This document shows, piece after piece, positions 13,986 through 23,253 of a DNA stretch of 64,000 nucleotides (within the stretch, counting starts at the first letter, position 1; the number at the start of each line of letters is the position of its first letter). Source of the DNA: a virus (taxonomy: Duplodnaviria > Caudoviricetes); IMG/VR virus record IMGVR_UViG_3300048670_000735, positions 1 to 64,000 of that record, one strand, 5' to 3'. The notes beneath the pieces were generated by a model that saw nothing but the letters and a program-made list of their open reading frames with translations, ran no database searches and had not been told where the DNA came from. The translations under genes and the position numbers were made by a program.

Positions 13986-14129
13986 ATGAAGAAGTTATGG
14001 GCAGGAATAAGTGGCATTGCGATAGCAATCCTTTCAGGAGTTGCATTGTCTAAATTTTTAAAATGGGCGGGACAAGAAGAAATCTTTGATTTCGACCTAG
14101 ATGAAGATATAGATAATGAAAACTTCTAA
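13986..14129 (+). CDS. 47-aa membrane peptide with acidic tail
   Basis: read by hand; AGGA RBS. Confidence 0.6.
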   Translation: MKKLWAGISGIAIAILSGVALSKFLKWAGQEEIFDFDLDEDIDNENF

Positions 14130-14202
14130 ACTATATCGGTCAATACTCTGGCTATCTTGGATTCTTATTGGAATATACTACGCAATACTCCTAATATGGT
14201 AA
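14116..14202 (+). CDS. 28-aa hydrophobic peptide (MKTSKLYRSILWLSWILIGIYYAILLIW)
   Basis: read by hand; overlaps both neighbours. Confidence 0.45.
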   Translation: MKTSKLYRSILWLSWILIGIYYAILLIW

Positions 14203-14462
14203 ATAAGGACGAATCGGACAATCTAGCGAAATATCTAGCCGATGTGAGATATAGAGAAAACAATTACTTTGAAGCTAACAATCTGATGGCTAGCTCTTCG
14301 CTAGAATGGGTCATAGAAGTCCTACAAGGGCGTTTAGCCAAATGTTTGAATGCAAGTTCAGGGGTATGTGACATATGGTACATAGAAAGCCATTCTGACT
14401 GTTTACTGTTAATGGATCTATTGTACCAATTTAGTCGAGATGAGAAATATAATGTTAAATAG
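14196..14462 (+). CDS. hypothetical protein
   Basis: ORF track, start moved to MVNKD. Confidence 0.65.
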   Translation: MVNKDESDNLAKYLADVRYRENNYFEANNLMASSSLEWVIEVLQGRLAKCLNASSGVCDIWYIESHSDCLLLMDLLYQFSRDEKYNVK

Positions 14463-14543
14463 GTTCTTCTACCGCCGCCGCACTTCAATTTTTTCACTTT
14501 TGCACTATTTGTCCAATATATACACGAATGGTAGAATTTAATA

Positions 14544-16040
14544 ATGAGTAAACCAAATATTGTTATTGTAGGTGGCGGCACCGCAGGCTGGCTATCTGCT
14601 CTATTTGCTAAAAAGAGATATCCAGAAGCCAACGTAACTGTAATAGAAAGCACCGAAATTGGAATCATAGGTGCGGGCGAAGGAACAGTGCCTATGGTTG
14701 TTACCCTTTTTGAACAGCTAGGCATCAGTTTAAAAGATTTAATTGCAAATACAAAATCTACTATTAAAAATGGTATAAAGTTTACTAACTGGTCAGAAGA
14801 TGGCGGAAGCTATTTCCATGGGTTTACTTTTTATCCTGAAACTGCTGAAGATCTTAAATCTATTGATTTTGAAAATAAAGATTTTCCAAACTCAAGGCTA
14901 TTTGCCTATGGCAAAAAAATAAATGATGAAGATTTTTGTTTTTTTACAATGATATCTGATCAAAACAAAATCCCATACACAGAAGAAGAAGGTAGATACA
15001 AAAAGCATGGATCTCATGCCTTGCATTTTGATGCAAGAGTGCTAGCTAAATTTCTAAAAGAAAAAAGCTTAGAGAGAGGAATCATTCATATTGATTCTAA
15101 AGTTGTTGATTCAGAAATATCAGGAAATAGCGTAGTATCAGTTACACTAGAAGATACAACAACTATAAATACCGATTTTGTAGTAGATGCCACAGGATTT
15201 GCAAGGTACTTTATTGGAAATTCTTTGGGTGGAAAGTGGATAAGTTATTCAGACAATTTACCAGCAGATTCCGCACAAGCATTTTTTTTAAAGATTGAAA
15301 ACAAAGAAGAGATAGAGCCATACACAGAATCTACCGCAAGAGATTACGGTTGGGTTTGGAAAATTCCACTTCAACACAGGTACGGATGTGGCTACGTATA
15401 TGATTCAAGGCTGGTATCTAATGAAGATATAAGAAAAGAAATTGTTGAAAAGTATGGAGATGTTGAATTTATAAAGCAGTTTAAATTCGAACCTGGAGCT
15501 TTTGAAGATATCTGGATTGGCAACTGCATTGCCGTTGGTCTATCAGCAGGATTTGTAGAGCCACTAGAAGCTACATCATTGCAGCAAACTGCAACAACAC
15601 TAAACAGAGTGTTTCATGAAGACGTAGAAGCGCTAAGCCCTGGCGACTACAGAGGGCATATAAATAGAAAATGCTTTAAAGATTCTGAAGCAATAAAAGA
15701 TTTTATATATTTACACTACATGACAAACAAAACAAATAACGATTTTTGGAAAAACTTTACATTAAATAATAAAATGCCAGATTCTTTAAAAGAAACGTAT
15801 AAAAAAATTATTGATGTTGATGAAATAAAAATCTACGATCTTTTATGGCCAGAGTACAGCTATTATATTGTTGCTAAAGGCAATGGAATAATGGATGAAA
15901 ATAACTTATCTAATTTTTCAAAAAAATACGAAAAATTTAATCAAGAAATACAAGAAAATTTTGAAGTAGAAAAGGCTTTGTCTAAAAAATCTATAAAGCA
16001 CTATGACTTTTTAAAATTAAACGGAGGCTTCAATGAGTAA
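14544..16040 (+). CDS. flavin-dependent halogenase (tryptophan halogenase family)
   Basis: GGGTAG FAD motif, GAGEGT, K.GI.F.NW, GWVWKIPLQHR (WxWxIP), GFVEPLEAT. Confidence 0.92.
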   Translation: MSKPNIVIVGGGTAGWLSALFAKKRYPEANVTVIESTEIGIIGAGEGTVPMVVTLFEQLGISLKDLIANTKSTIKNGIKFTNWSEDGGSYFHGFTFYPETAEDLKSIDFENKDFPNSRLFAYGKKINDEDFCFFTMISDQNKIPYTEEEGRYKKHGSHALHFDARVLAKFLKEKSLERGIIHIDSKVVDSEISGNSVVSVTLEDTTTINTDFVVDATGFARYFIGNSLGGKWISYSDNLPADSAQAFFLKIENKEEIEPYTESTARDYGWVWKIPLQHRYGCGYVYDSRLVSNEDIRKEIVEKYGDVEFIKQFKFEPGAFEDIWIGNCIAVGLSAGFVEPLEATSLQQTATTLNRVFHEDVEALSPGDYRGHINRKCFKDSEAIKDFIYLHYMTNKTNNDFWKNFTLNNKMPDSLKETYKKIIDVDEIKIYDLLWPEYSYYIVAKGNGIMDENNLSNFSKKYEKFNQEIQENFEVEKALSKKSIKHYDFLKLNGGFNE

Positions 16041-16311
16041 TATAAAATATGTTTTATCAAAGATGAAAAGCAAGTCATACTGGAATAAAGTTAATACTAT
16101 AGAGTTTATATCGTTTATGACAAAGGTCACTATTATTGTCCCAGGCCTTCTTTTTGGGATGCAATGGTGGTGGCTTTATATTTTTGCATTAGTATCTAGC
16201 ATGTCTTTAATATGGACATCAACAAGAAAGACTTTGCCAACAATTATTATATTTAATGTAATTTGGTGTTGCTTAGCTACTGCGGCGATTATTAAACACT
16301 TTATTTTTTAA
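16033..16311 (+). CDS. small multi-pass membrane protein
   Basis: three hydrophobic segments. Confidence 0.7.
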   Translation: MSNIKYVLSKMKSKSYWNKVNTIEFISFMTKVTIIVPGLLFGMQWWWLYIFALVSSMSLIWTSTRKTLPTIIIFNVIWCCLATAAIIKHFIF

Positions 16312-16449
16312 ATCTTTTAGCTTGTTATAAATATAATTTATTCTTTGTTCGATTTTTTGTTCAATTTTTCCAGCACGACTTTCATATTTATAATAATCTG
16401 TTTGAAAATATGGACTACGCATCATTTTGCTAAAATGGTCCCTAGGCAT
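16273..16449 (-). CDS. hypothetical protein (start MPRDH)
   Basis: follows the stop of 16451..17308. Confidence 0.55.
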   Translation of the reverse strand: MPRDHFSKMMRSPYFQTDYYKYESRAGKIEQKIEQRINYIYNKLKDLKNKVFNNRRSS

Positions 16450-16450
16450 A

Positions 16451-17308
16451 CTAGTGCTCTTTAAACTCCGACATAAATTTTTCAGCAAGGTCTACACCCT
16501 CTAAACCAGATTGCTGCATTTCTTGTATGCGCTCTGGAGTAAACATAGGGTTTACTTTTAAAGGCTTAATCCAAATATCAATTTCTTCTTCAGTGCGATT
16601 ACCAATTTGTTTGTAGTACTCTTCTGTTTTGTAATTATAGAAAGTTCCTGGGTTATCTTCAGCTTTTAAAGAAAAATTAGAAAAAGCAAATCTAATACCA
16701 GACTCGACTTCTCTAACACCGTGGCTGTATGGATCAAATGCACTGTGTATGATTAAATCGCCTCTTTCAGGCTGGTACTCAAAGCAACCTTCAAATCTAT
16801 TTCCTTCTTCTTTTAATGTTCCGTCGACATTAACGTCTGGATAATAAATTGCTCCTCCAGTAAAATGTCCAAAATATGCAACAAGACCGTAATCGATTAG
16901 ACAGCATGTTGCGTACTTGTCATCTTGAGAAAGTCTGTGGCATTGTCCTTTTCCAGGACTATCTGAGTGGCAAAACATTCCGCCATCTCCAGGTCTAACA
17001 TTTAATATTGATTGAGACGGATGTATAACATAGTGTGGGTGTAATATTTCACTTACAAGCTCCCAAAATTCTAAAAGACGTGTAGGTCTAGGAGAAACCT
17101 TATCTACATACCAGCTTATTAAACTCTTGTCGTATTTATTTTTATCTCTGTCGTCTTTTTCTAAAAGTTCTTTTTCAAGATCAAGCATAAGATCTTCAGG
17201 TATAAAGTTTTTAAACAGAAATATGCCGCTAGGTGTGCCATATGCATCCACGTAACTCGATAATTTTATACAATCTGGTCGGTCATAGAAATACATTTTT
17301 TCCCCCAT
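16451..17308 (-). CDS. 2OG-Fe(II) oxygenase
   Basis: HSD...F.GG.IYYP...RGDLIIH...HGVREVESG.R. Confidence 0.85.
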   Translation of the reverse strand: MGEKMYFYDRPDCIKLSSYVDAYGTPSGIFLFKNFIPEDLMLDLEKELLEKDDRDKNKYDKSLISWYVDKVSPRPTRLLEFWELVSEILHPHYVIHPSQSILNVRPGDGGMFCHSDSPGKGQCHRLSQDDKYATCCLIDYGLVAYFGHFTGGAIYYPDVNVDGTLKEEGNRFEGCFEYQPERGDLIIHSAFDPYSHGVREVESGIRFAFSNFSLKAEDNPGTFYNYKTEEYYKQIGNRTEEEIDIWIKPLKVNPMFTPERIQEMQQSGLEGVDLAEKFMSEFKEH

Positions 17309-17340
17309 TGCAATATGATTAATTGTATCACGAAATTAAT

Positions 17341-17378
17341 ATTAAAAACCCCTAGCTGGAGGCGGATCCAACTAGGGG
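17341..17378 (-). terminator. rho-independent terminator
   Basis: CCCCTAG.TGGA...TCCA.CTAGGGG then TTTTT on the minus strand. Confidence 0.6.
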
Positions 17379-17435
17379 TGTACAGGGAGCATAACTCAAC
17401 CTGAATTTAAAGTATATTATATCTTTTAGGTAAAG

Positions 17436-17681
17436 TCAATTATTTTCTTCAGAGGGTTTAAATGAAGGAACAGGCCCTAAGAGATAGCCTTCTTCGTGAT
17501 ACTTAATCATTTTTTCAGTATCTTCATTTCCAACAACCTTATTAGAAATTAAAGAAAGCAAATCATAGATTCTATGCAACATTATGTATGTAACCATAGG
17601 CAGGTTGTCCTCTAAGTCAGAGGACTCATTTTTATTCTGGTCTTCCTGCATCTTGCCAAAAAATTTCTCTACCCATTGCAT
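17436..17681 (-). CDS. hypothetical protein (true start may be downstream)
   Basis: ORF track. Confidence 0.7.
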   Translation of the reverse strand: MQWVEKFFGKMQEDQNKNESSDLEDNLPMVTYIMLHRIYDLLSLISNKVVGNEDTEKMIKYHEEGYLLGPVPSFKPSEENN

Positions 17682-17742
17682 CAGTTTCTTTAATTTGAAC
17701 TGATTCGTTTTCTATTTTGCAAATACAATTTCCATTACACAT
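17632..17742 (-). CDS. 36-aa peptide (MCNGNCICKIE...DAMGREIFWQDAGRPE)
   Basis: read by hand; GAGGAG RBS. Confidence 0.55.
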   Translation of the reverse strand: MCNGNCICKIENESVQIKETDAMGREIFWQDAGRPE

Positions 17743-17950
17743 TTATATTCTCCTCAACACCTTTTACTATTTTATCATATGTTGACTTTCCAATATTATT
17801 TTTATATTTACACTCTAAGCAATATAAATAAATATTTTCTTCTAAATCTTGATTACAAAAAAGAATGGATTGGTCTACTGGGCATAAAAGCTTTTCAACC
17901 AATCCTTCTTCTGACATGGAGATGTAAGTTGATACGTATTGTATCCTCAT
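17735..17950 (-). CDS. small zinc-ribbon-like protein
   Basis: CPVD...CLEC. Confidence 0.7.
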   Translation of the reverse strand: MRIQYVSTYISMSEEGLVEKLLCPVDQSILFCNQDLEENIYLYCLECKYKNNIGKSTYDKIVKGVEENINV

Positions 17951-17960
17951 CCCATCTCCT

Positions 17961-18509
17961 TTACTTTGTCGGAAATTTTAAATAAAATTCCTTAGCTCTT
18001 GGGGTTATCCCCTTCCAAGCTGACCAATCTTGACCGCCATTGGTCATATAATACGTTATCTCTGCGTTTGTTACTGGGTCGAATAACTCCTTGTTACTCT
18101 GTAGATCAAATTTCTCAAGTCTTTCTAGACCAAGATTTCCAATCATGTTTATTTGAAATAGTCCGTAAGAACTATCTCCTGTATTCTTATTCCCGTTATA
18201 TGCAAGCGGTCTTCCATTAGATTCACGCTTTGCTATTGACCAAGCTTTTTTAAGGCTTAGTCCTTCGAATCCTACAGTCTCAAGTAGTAAAACTAGCTTT
18301 TCGTCTGTAAGCATCTCAGATGGCTTGTAAATCTCTTTACTAAAACTATCTAAGACTTCTTGCTTTAATTGGGCTTCAGTTTTCACTAAAGGCTTTACAG
18401 TCAAAGCGCTAGCTTGTGTGTTAGAAAACAAAAACAGTGTTGTCACTGCTATTATCGTCCAGTCACGAACTAAATCGCTAAACTGTTGTTTTATATTCTC
18501 CATTGGCAT
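17961..18509 (-). CDS. secreted lysozyme-like lytic transglycosylase (SLT/Rpf-related)
   Basis: signal/TM segment, RES.G, SYGLFQIN, LFDP..NA, W.AW; TTGACA-18-TATTCT promoter and AGGAGG RBS upstream. Confidence 0.85.
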   Translation of the reverse strand: MPMENIKQQFSDLVRDWTIIAVTTLFLFSNTQASALTVKPLVKTEAQLKQEVLDSFSKEIYKPSEMLTDEKLVLLLETVGFEGLSLKKAWSIAKRESNGRPLAYNGNKNTGDSSYGLFQINMIGNLGLERLEKFDLQSNKELFDPVTNAEITYYMTNGGQDWSAWKGITPRAKEFYLKFPTK

Positions 18510-18705
18510 TTCCTCCTATAGAGATAACGAACTCTAAGAATAGCATTAAATGCAAACAAGTGTCAAGTTAGTTGACTAAAACAGCATCTCACATAATGAT
18601 ATATAAAAAAATATTTTTTAAGCATAGACCATTAAATAAAAGTTTGATACACTTAGAACTTCACAAATAAATTACACCGCAAGGCGGAGAAAAGGTCGTA
18701 TATAA

Positions 18706-20640
18706 ATGTCACAAACTATTGCAAACCCTTATGAAAACTTTATTGCTTTATCTAGATATGCAAAATGGGTAGAATCAGAAGGTCGTAGAGAAACTTGGGG
18801 AGAAACAGTAGATCGATATTTTGACTTTATGTTAAGCCATTTAAATAAAAACTATAATTATATTCCAGATGAAAAGCTTGTAGCGGAATTAAAAAATGGT
18901 GTATTTAAAAGAAACGTCATGCCGTCTATGCGCTCCGTTATGACTTCAGGAGCAGCTTTAGAAAGAGACAATGTTGCAGGATATAACTGCTCTTTTGTTC
19001 CAGTTGATTCACCTCGTTCATTTGATGAAACAATGTATATCCTTATGTGCGGCACAGGAGTAGGATTTTCTGTTGAGTATAAGTACATCAACAAACTCCC
19101 TTCCGTTCCAGAAACTTTTGAAAAGTCTTCAACTGTAATTACTGTAGAAGATTCTAAACAAGGATGGGCAAAGTCTTATCGTGAGCTACTTGCACTTCTT
19201 TGGACAGGACAAATTCCAGCAATTGATGTATCTAAAGTTCGTCCTGCAGGAGCAAGACTTAAGACTATGGGTGGAAGATCTTCTGGGCCACAACCACTTG
19301 TAAACCTTTTTGATTTTACTATTGCAAAGTTTAAGAATGCAGCAGGACGCCAGTTAAAGCCTATTGAGGCACACGATATTATGTGCAAGATTGGTGAAGT
19401 TGTAGTTGTTGGAGGAGTTCGTCGCTCAGCAATGATTTCTCTTTCTAATATTAATGACATTGAAATGGCAGCAGCAAAATCTGGTAATTGGTGGGAAAAT
19501 AATACACAACGTGCACTATCTAATAACTCTGTTGCGTACTCACGCAAGCCAGACATGGAGCAGTTTATTTCAGAATGGAAATCCTTGTATGATTCAAAAT
19601 CAGGAGAAAGAGGCATATACAATGTGGCCGCAGCTCAGGCCCAAGCAGCCAAGTATGGTAAAAGAGATCCAGATATTCACTATGGAACTAACCCATGCTC
19701 AGAAATTATTCTACGTCCTTATCAGTTTTGTAACCTTTCAGAAGTCGTATTACGTGAGCAAGATACAAAAGAGGATATTGCAAATAAAGTAAAGCTTGCA
19801 ACAATACTTGGAACCTGGCAATCTACACTGACAGACTTTAAATATCTTAGAAAAATTTGGAAAGACAATACAGAAGAAGAAAGACTGCTTGGTGTTTCTC
19901 TAACTGGACAGTTTGGACATAAGTTCATGTCTGGAAAACAAGACATAGTTGCTTTAGAAGCTTATCTTATGTCTTTAAGAGAGTATGCTCGTGAAATGAA
20001 TAAAGAAGAGGCTGGAAAAATTGGGATTTCTGAGTCTGCAGCTATCACATGCGTGAAGCCTTCTGGAACTGTGTCCCAGTTAGTCGGAGTGTCTTCAGGA
20101 ATGCATGCATGGCATTCTCCGTATTATATTAGAACAGTTCGTGGTTCAAAAGGAGATCCAATTTCGGTATTCCTTAAAGAAGTGGGAATCCCCGTAGAAG
20201 ATGATGTAATGAAGCCAAACGATACATACGTTTTTTCATTTCCAATAAAGGCGCCAGAAGGTGCAATTGTTAGAAATGATCTAACCGCTATCGAACACTT
20301 AAACATTTGGTTGGTTTATCAACGTGCATGGTGTGAGCATAAGCCATCAATTACAGTTTCTGTAAAAGAAGATGAATGGATGGAAGTTGGTGCATGGGTA
20401 TATAAGCATTTTGACGAAGTCTCTGGAATTTCATTTTTGCCGCATTCAGATCATACTTATAAGCAGGCTCCTTATCAAGAGGTAACAAAAGAAGAATATG
20501 AGTCGCTTGTTGCAAATATGCCAGAAAATATTAGATGGGAAGATTTATCTTTCTATGAAACAGAAGATGGAACGTCTATAAATGCCACTCTTGCATGCAG
20601 CTCAGATGGAAATTGTGAGCTTGTAGATATTTCAGCATAG
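18706..20640 (+). CDS. nrdJ: class II (adenosylcobalamin-dependent) ribonucleotide reductase
   Basis: YNCS, VGGVRRSAMI, GTNPCSEI, QFCNLSE, TCVKPSGT, EHKPS, C-terminal CxxxxxC; no small subunit adjacent. Confidence 0.93.
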   Translation: MSQTIANPYENFIALSRYAKWVESEGRRETWGETVDRYFDFMLSHLNKNYNYIPDEKLVAELKNGVFKRNVMPSMRSVMTSGAALERDNVAGYNCSFVPVDSPRSFDETMYILMCGTGVGFSVEYKYINKLPSVPETFEKSSTVITVEDSKQGWAKSYRELLALLWTGQIPAIDVSKVRPAGARLKTMGGRSSGPQPLVNLFDFTIAKFKNAAGRQLKPIEAHDIMCKIGEVVVVGGVRRSAMISLSNINDIEMAAAKSGNWWENNTQRALSNNSVAYSRKPDMEQFISEWKSLYDSKSGERGIYNVAAAQAQAAKYGKRDPDIHYGTNPCSEIILRPYQFCNLSEVVLREQDTKEDIANKVKLATILGTWQSTLTDFKYLRKIWKDNTEEERLLGVSLTGQFGHKFMSGKQDIVALEAYLMSLREYAREMNKEEAGKIGISESAAITCVKPSGTVSQLVGVSSGMHAWHSPYYIRTVRGSKGDPISVFLKEVGIPVEDDVMKPNDTYVFSFPIKAPEGAIVRNDLTAIEHLNIWLVYQRAWCEHKPSITVSVKEDEWMEVGAWVYKHFDEVSGISFLPHSDHTYKQAPYQEVTKEEYESLVANMPENIRWEDLSFYETEDGTSINATLACSSDGNCELVDISA

Positions 20641-20706
20641 TGGTAGAATTATGGTATTGGGTAAAACCAAAATTCATGGGCATCCCGCCCACGAGGAGAT
20701 GACAAA

Positions 20707-20946
20707 ATGGCTAAATTTGCAAAAGCAGATTTAAACAAAGATGGAAAGGTAACAATGCAAGAACAGATTCTAGCAGCGTTAGCAAGCTACGGAAGAGCAT
20801 TTCTTTCAGCAGCGCTAGCCTTATACATGACAGGAAATACAAATCCTAAAGATTTACTACTTGGTGGCATCGCAGCCGTTGCACCCGTAATCTTGAAGGC
20901 GCTCAACCCAAATGATAAGAGTTTTGGGTTTACTAATAAAGCATAA
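20707..20946 (+). CDS. holin-like membrane protein with an N-terminal EF-hand-type loop
   Basis: two hydrophobic helices, ALNPND.SFG tail; DLNKDGKVTMQE. Confidence 0.6.
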   Translation: MAKFAKADLNKDGKVTMQEQILAALASYGRAFLSAALALYMTGNTNPKDLLLGGIAAVAPVILKALNPNDKSFGFTNKA

Positions 20947-20961
20947 TAATTAGTCAATTAA

Positions 20962-20997
20962 GAATACTCCTGTGCTAAAATTGGTACAGGAGTATTC
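20962..20997 (+). promoter_or_regulatory. inverted repeat whose centre contains an extended -10 (TGCTAAAAT)
   Basis: GAATACTCCTGT / ACAGGAGTATTC perfect 12-bp arms. Confidence 0.55.
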
Positions 20998-21018
20998 CTA
21001 TTTAGGAGACTATGGCAA

Positions 21019-21366
21019 ATGGCAGGACAAAAGAACTTTGAAGTAGATCAAAATGCAACATTTAGCTTTATACTAGAATATAAAGATGATAATGACAACG
21101 CAATTGATTTAACTGGTGCATCTGCAAAGATGCAGATTCGTGATACAAAAGGTGGCTCTAAGTTAGCCGTCACCCTAACATCACCATCTGGTGGAATTAC
21201 TATTAATGGTCCAACTGGGACACTAAATATTAAAATGACTCCAACCCAAACAAATAAACTCTTTTATCCTAAATCATCTTATGATGTAATGGTTGTCGAT
21301 TCTAATGGGAATAAGATAAAACTCCTTGAGGGCTTTATGACGCTCAATAGATCGGTAACCATCTAA
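21019..21366 (+). CDS. virion structural protein (BppU-N/Ig-like)
   Basis: DLTGASAKMQIR...YD...LLEG motif common in phage appendage genes. Confidence 0.65.
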   Translation: MAGQKNFEVDQNATFSFILEYKDDNDNAIDLTGASAKMQIRDTKGGSKLAVTLTSPSGGITINGPTGTLNIKMTPTQTNKLFYPKSSYDVMVVDSNGNKIKLLEGFMTLNRSVTI

Positions 21367-21806
21367 TGACCGAATCAGTAATAGTTAAAGAAACTAAAAA
21401 TGAAGTAATTATAAAAACCCCTGGACCGCAAGGACCTAGGGGTAAAACCATTTTAAATGGGACAGGAAACCCTTCAAATAATTTTGGTCTCGAAGGAGAT
21501 TTTTATTATGATGTTTCTATGTCAAAGTTGTGGGGACCTAAAAGAACAGACGCATCCTGGGAAAACGCAACAATAATTGCTTTAACATCTAACACTCTTA
21601 CTTATTCTTGGGAAATGGCTCAAGTTACTGGACCAGTTCAAGGTATATACTTAGTGGTGATAAATCATAACTTAGGATACAATCCAAACGTAACAATAAA
21701 GTCAAGCGCAGGGGATATACTTGAAACAGGTATAGACTATAACAACATAAACAAAATTACACTGACTATGGCACAGCCATTTTCAGGGACAGCATATCTG
21801 TCATAA
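21366..21806 (+). CDS. virion appendage protein
   Basis: short collagen GPQGPRG, G.EGDFY.D, HNLGY.PNV, FSGTAYLS. Confidence 0.65.
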   Translation: MTESVIVKETKNEVIIKTPGPQGPRGKTILNGTGNPSNNFGLEGDFYYDVSMSKLWGPKRTDASWENATIIALTSNTLTYSWEMAQVTGPVQGIYLVVINHNLGYNPNVTIKSSAGDILETGIDYNNINKITLTMAQPFSGTAYLS

Positions 21807-21818
21807 GGGGGAAAGAAA

Positions 21819-22790
21819 ATGGCAAAAAAGTTTTTAGTTAGTATTGATCTCAATAAGAATGAGTTACTCAATGCTAGAATTCAAAATTTAGGATCAGCAC
21901 CATCAAATCCAGTATCAGGTCAGGTCTACTACAATACTGGCGATAACATCATGTACTTCTGGAATGGCACAGAATGGATTTCTACATCTGGCTCTCTAGA
22001 GGTTATTCAAGACGCTATTGGCGCATACGTAGAAGGCGGAGTAGGCCTTACAAGATCATACAATGACACTACAGGCGTAACAACAATAGATTTAGACAAT
22101 ACAGCTGTTACAGCAGGAACATACGGTTCAATTACCAAGGTTCCAACATTTACTGTTGACCAGCAAGGACGTCTAACAGCTGCTAGTGAGGCAAACCTAG
22201 TTATTCCACTAGACTCACAAACAACAGGCGATTACGTAGCAACAATTATTGGAACAGCTAACGAGGTAACAGTATCTCCAAATAGCGGTCACAATGCTGC
22301 AGTCACAATTGGCTTGCCAGACAATGTTGAAATTACTGGTAATTTACAAATTGGTGGAAACCTAAATGTTATTGGAACTGTCAACTCTGTAAACACTACA
22401 CAGATTAACATTCAAGATAATAAAGTTAATCTTAATTCAGGATTTACAGGAAACCCAGTAGCAGATGCTGGAATCAGAGTTGAGCGTGGAGACAAGCAGG
22501 ATGTCGAAATCTTGTGGAAAGAGTCTTCAGAAAAATGGCAATTAACAAATGATGGCCTAAACTATCACTCAATTGCTAGAAAATATGTAGAGGTTCTTGG
22601 AAGTCCATCTACAACTTATAATTTAATACACAATTTAAAAACATCTGAGGTTACAGTTCAGGTTTTTCAGTCTGCCAGTCCTTTTGCTCAAGTTGAAGCA
22701 GATGTTAACTTAACAAATGAAAATACAGTAACAATTAATTTTGCTGTTGCACCAACAGCAGGAGAATACAAGGTTGTGATTGTAGGCTAA
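21819..22790 (+). CDS. tail fibre/appendage protein
   Basis: GNL.V.G beta repeats, AGI.VERG, C-terminal HNL domain. Confidence 0.7.
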   Translation: MAKKFLVSIDLNKNELLNARIQNLGSAPSNPVSGQVYYNTGDNIMYFWNGTEWISTSGSLEVIQDAIGAYVEGGVGLTRSYNDTTGVTTIDLDNTAVTAGTYGSITKVPTFTVDQQGRLTAASEANLVIPLDSQTTGDYVATIIGTANEVTVSPNSGHNAAVTIGLPDNVEITGNLQIGGNLNVIGTVNSVNTTQINIQDNKVNLNSGFTGNPVADAGIRVERGDKQDVEILWKESSEKWQLTNDGLNYHSIARKYVEVLGSPSTTYNLIHNLKTSEVTVQVFQSASPFAQVEADVNLTNENTVTINFAVAPTAGEYKVVIVG

Positions 22791-22791
22791 A

Positions 22792-23253
22792 ATGTCACGA
22801 AAAATGAAGGTGTTATTAAATTTACTTACACTGGTAACAGACCCAGAGGTAGGGCAAGAAGGTGATGTTTACTTTAACGTAACCTCTAAAAATTTAAGAA
22901 TATTTAATGGTTTTGAATGGATTGAGCTTACACCCCCAAGTACAGATCCTACACCATTTTATAGACACACTCATGCTTATGATGGAGAAGTAGCAACAAT
23001 TGATATGCAGAATCCAATAACATTTTTAGAGTATAATGAGATAGAGTCTGCAGCAGTAATTCTTCCAGAAGTTGTTGGAATGGATGGAGGAGGCCCAGTG
23101 GAAACAAATGTTAATCCGTCATGGGAAACCTTAACGCTATTTGATGGCGGCACAGAGCAAGAAGTTTTAGAGAATGAGAATCTAATAGATGGAGGAGGAT
23201 CCGAAAACATCGTAGGAGGAGATATCCTAGATGGTGGAGGATCACACGAATAA
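22792..23253 (+). CDS. acidic structural protein with DGG repeats
   Basis: ORF track. Confidence 0.6.
   Translation: MSRKMKVLLNLLTLVTDPEVGQEGDVYFNVTSKNLRIFNGFEWIELTPPSTDPTPFYRHTHAYDGEVATIDMQNPITFLEYNEIESAAVILPEVVGMDGGGPVETNVNPSWETLTLFDGGTEQEVLENENLIDGGGSENIVGGDILDGGGSHE

Noticed and set aside
14264-14725. 153-aa minus-strand ORF
   Set aside because: Antisense to the halogenase and its upstream gene; shadow ORF.
18706-20640. Intein or intron in the ribonucleotide reductase
   Set aside because: ORF is continuous and compact (644 aa) with no splicing or homing-endonuclease motifs.
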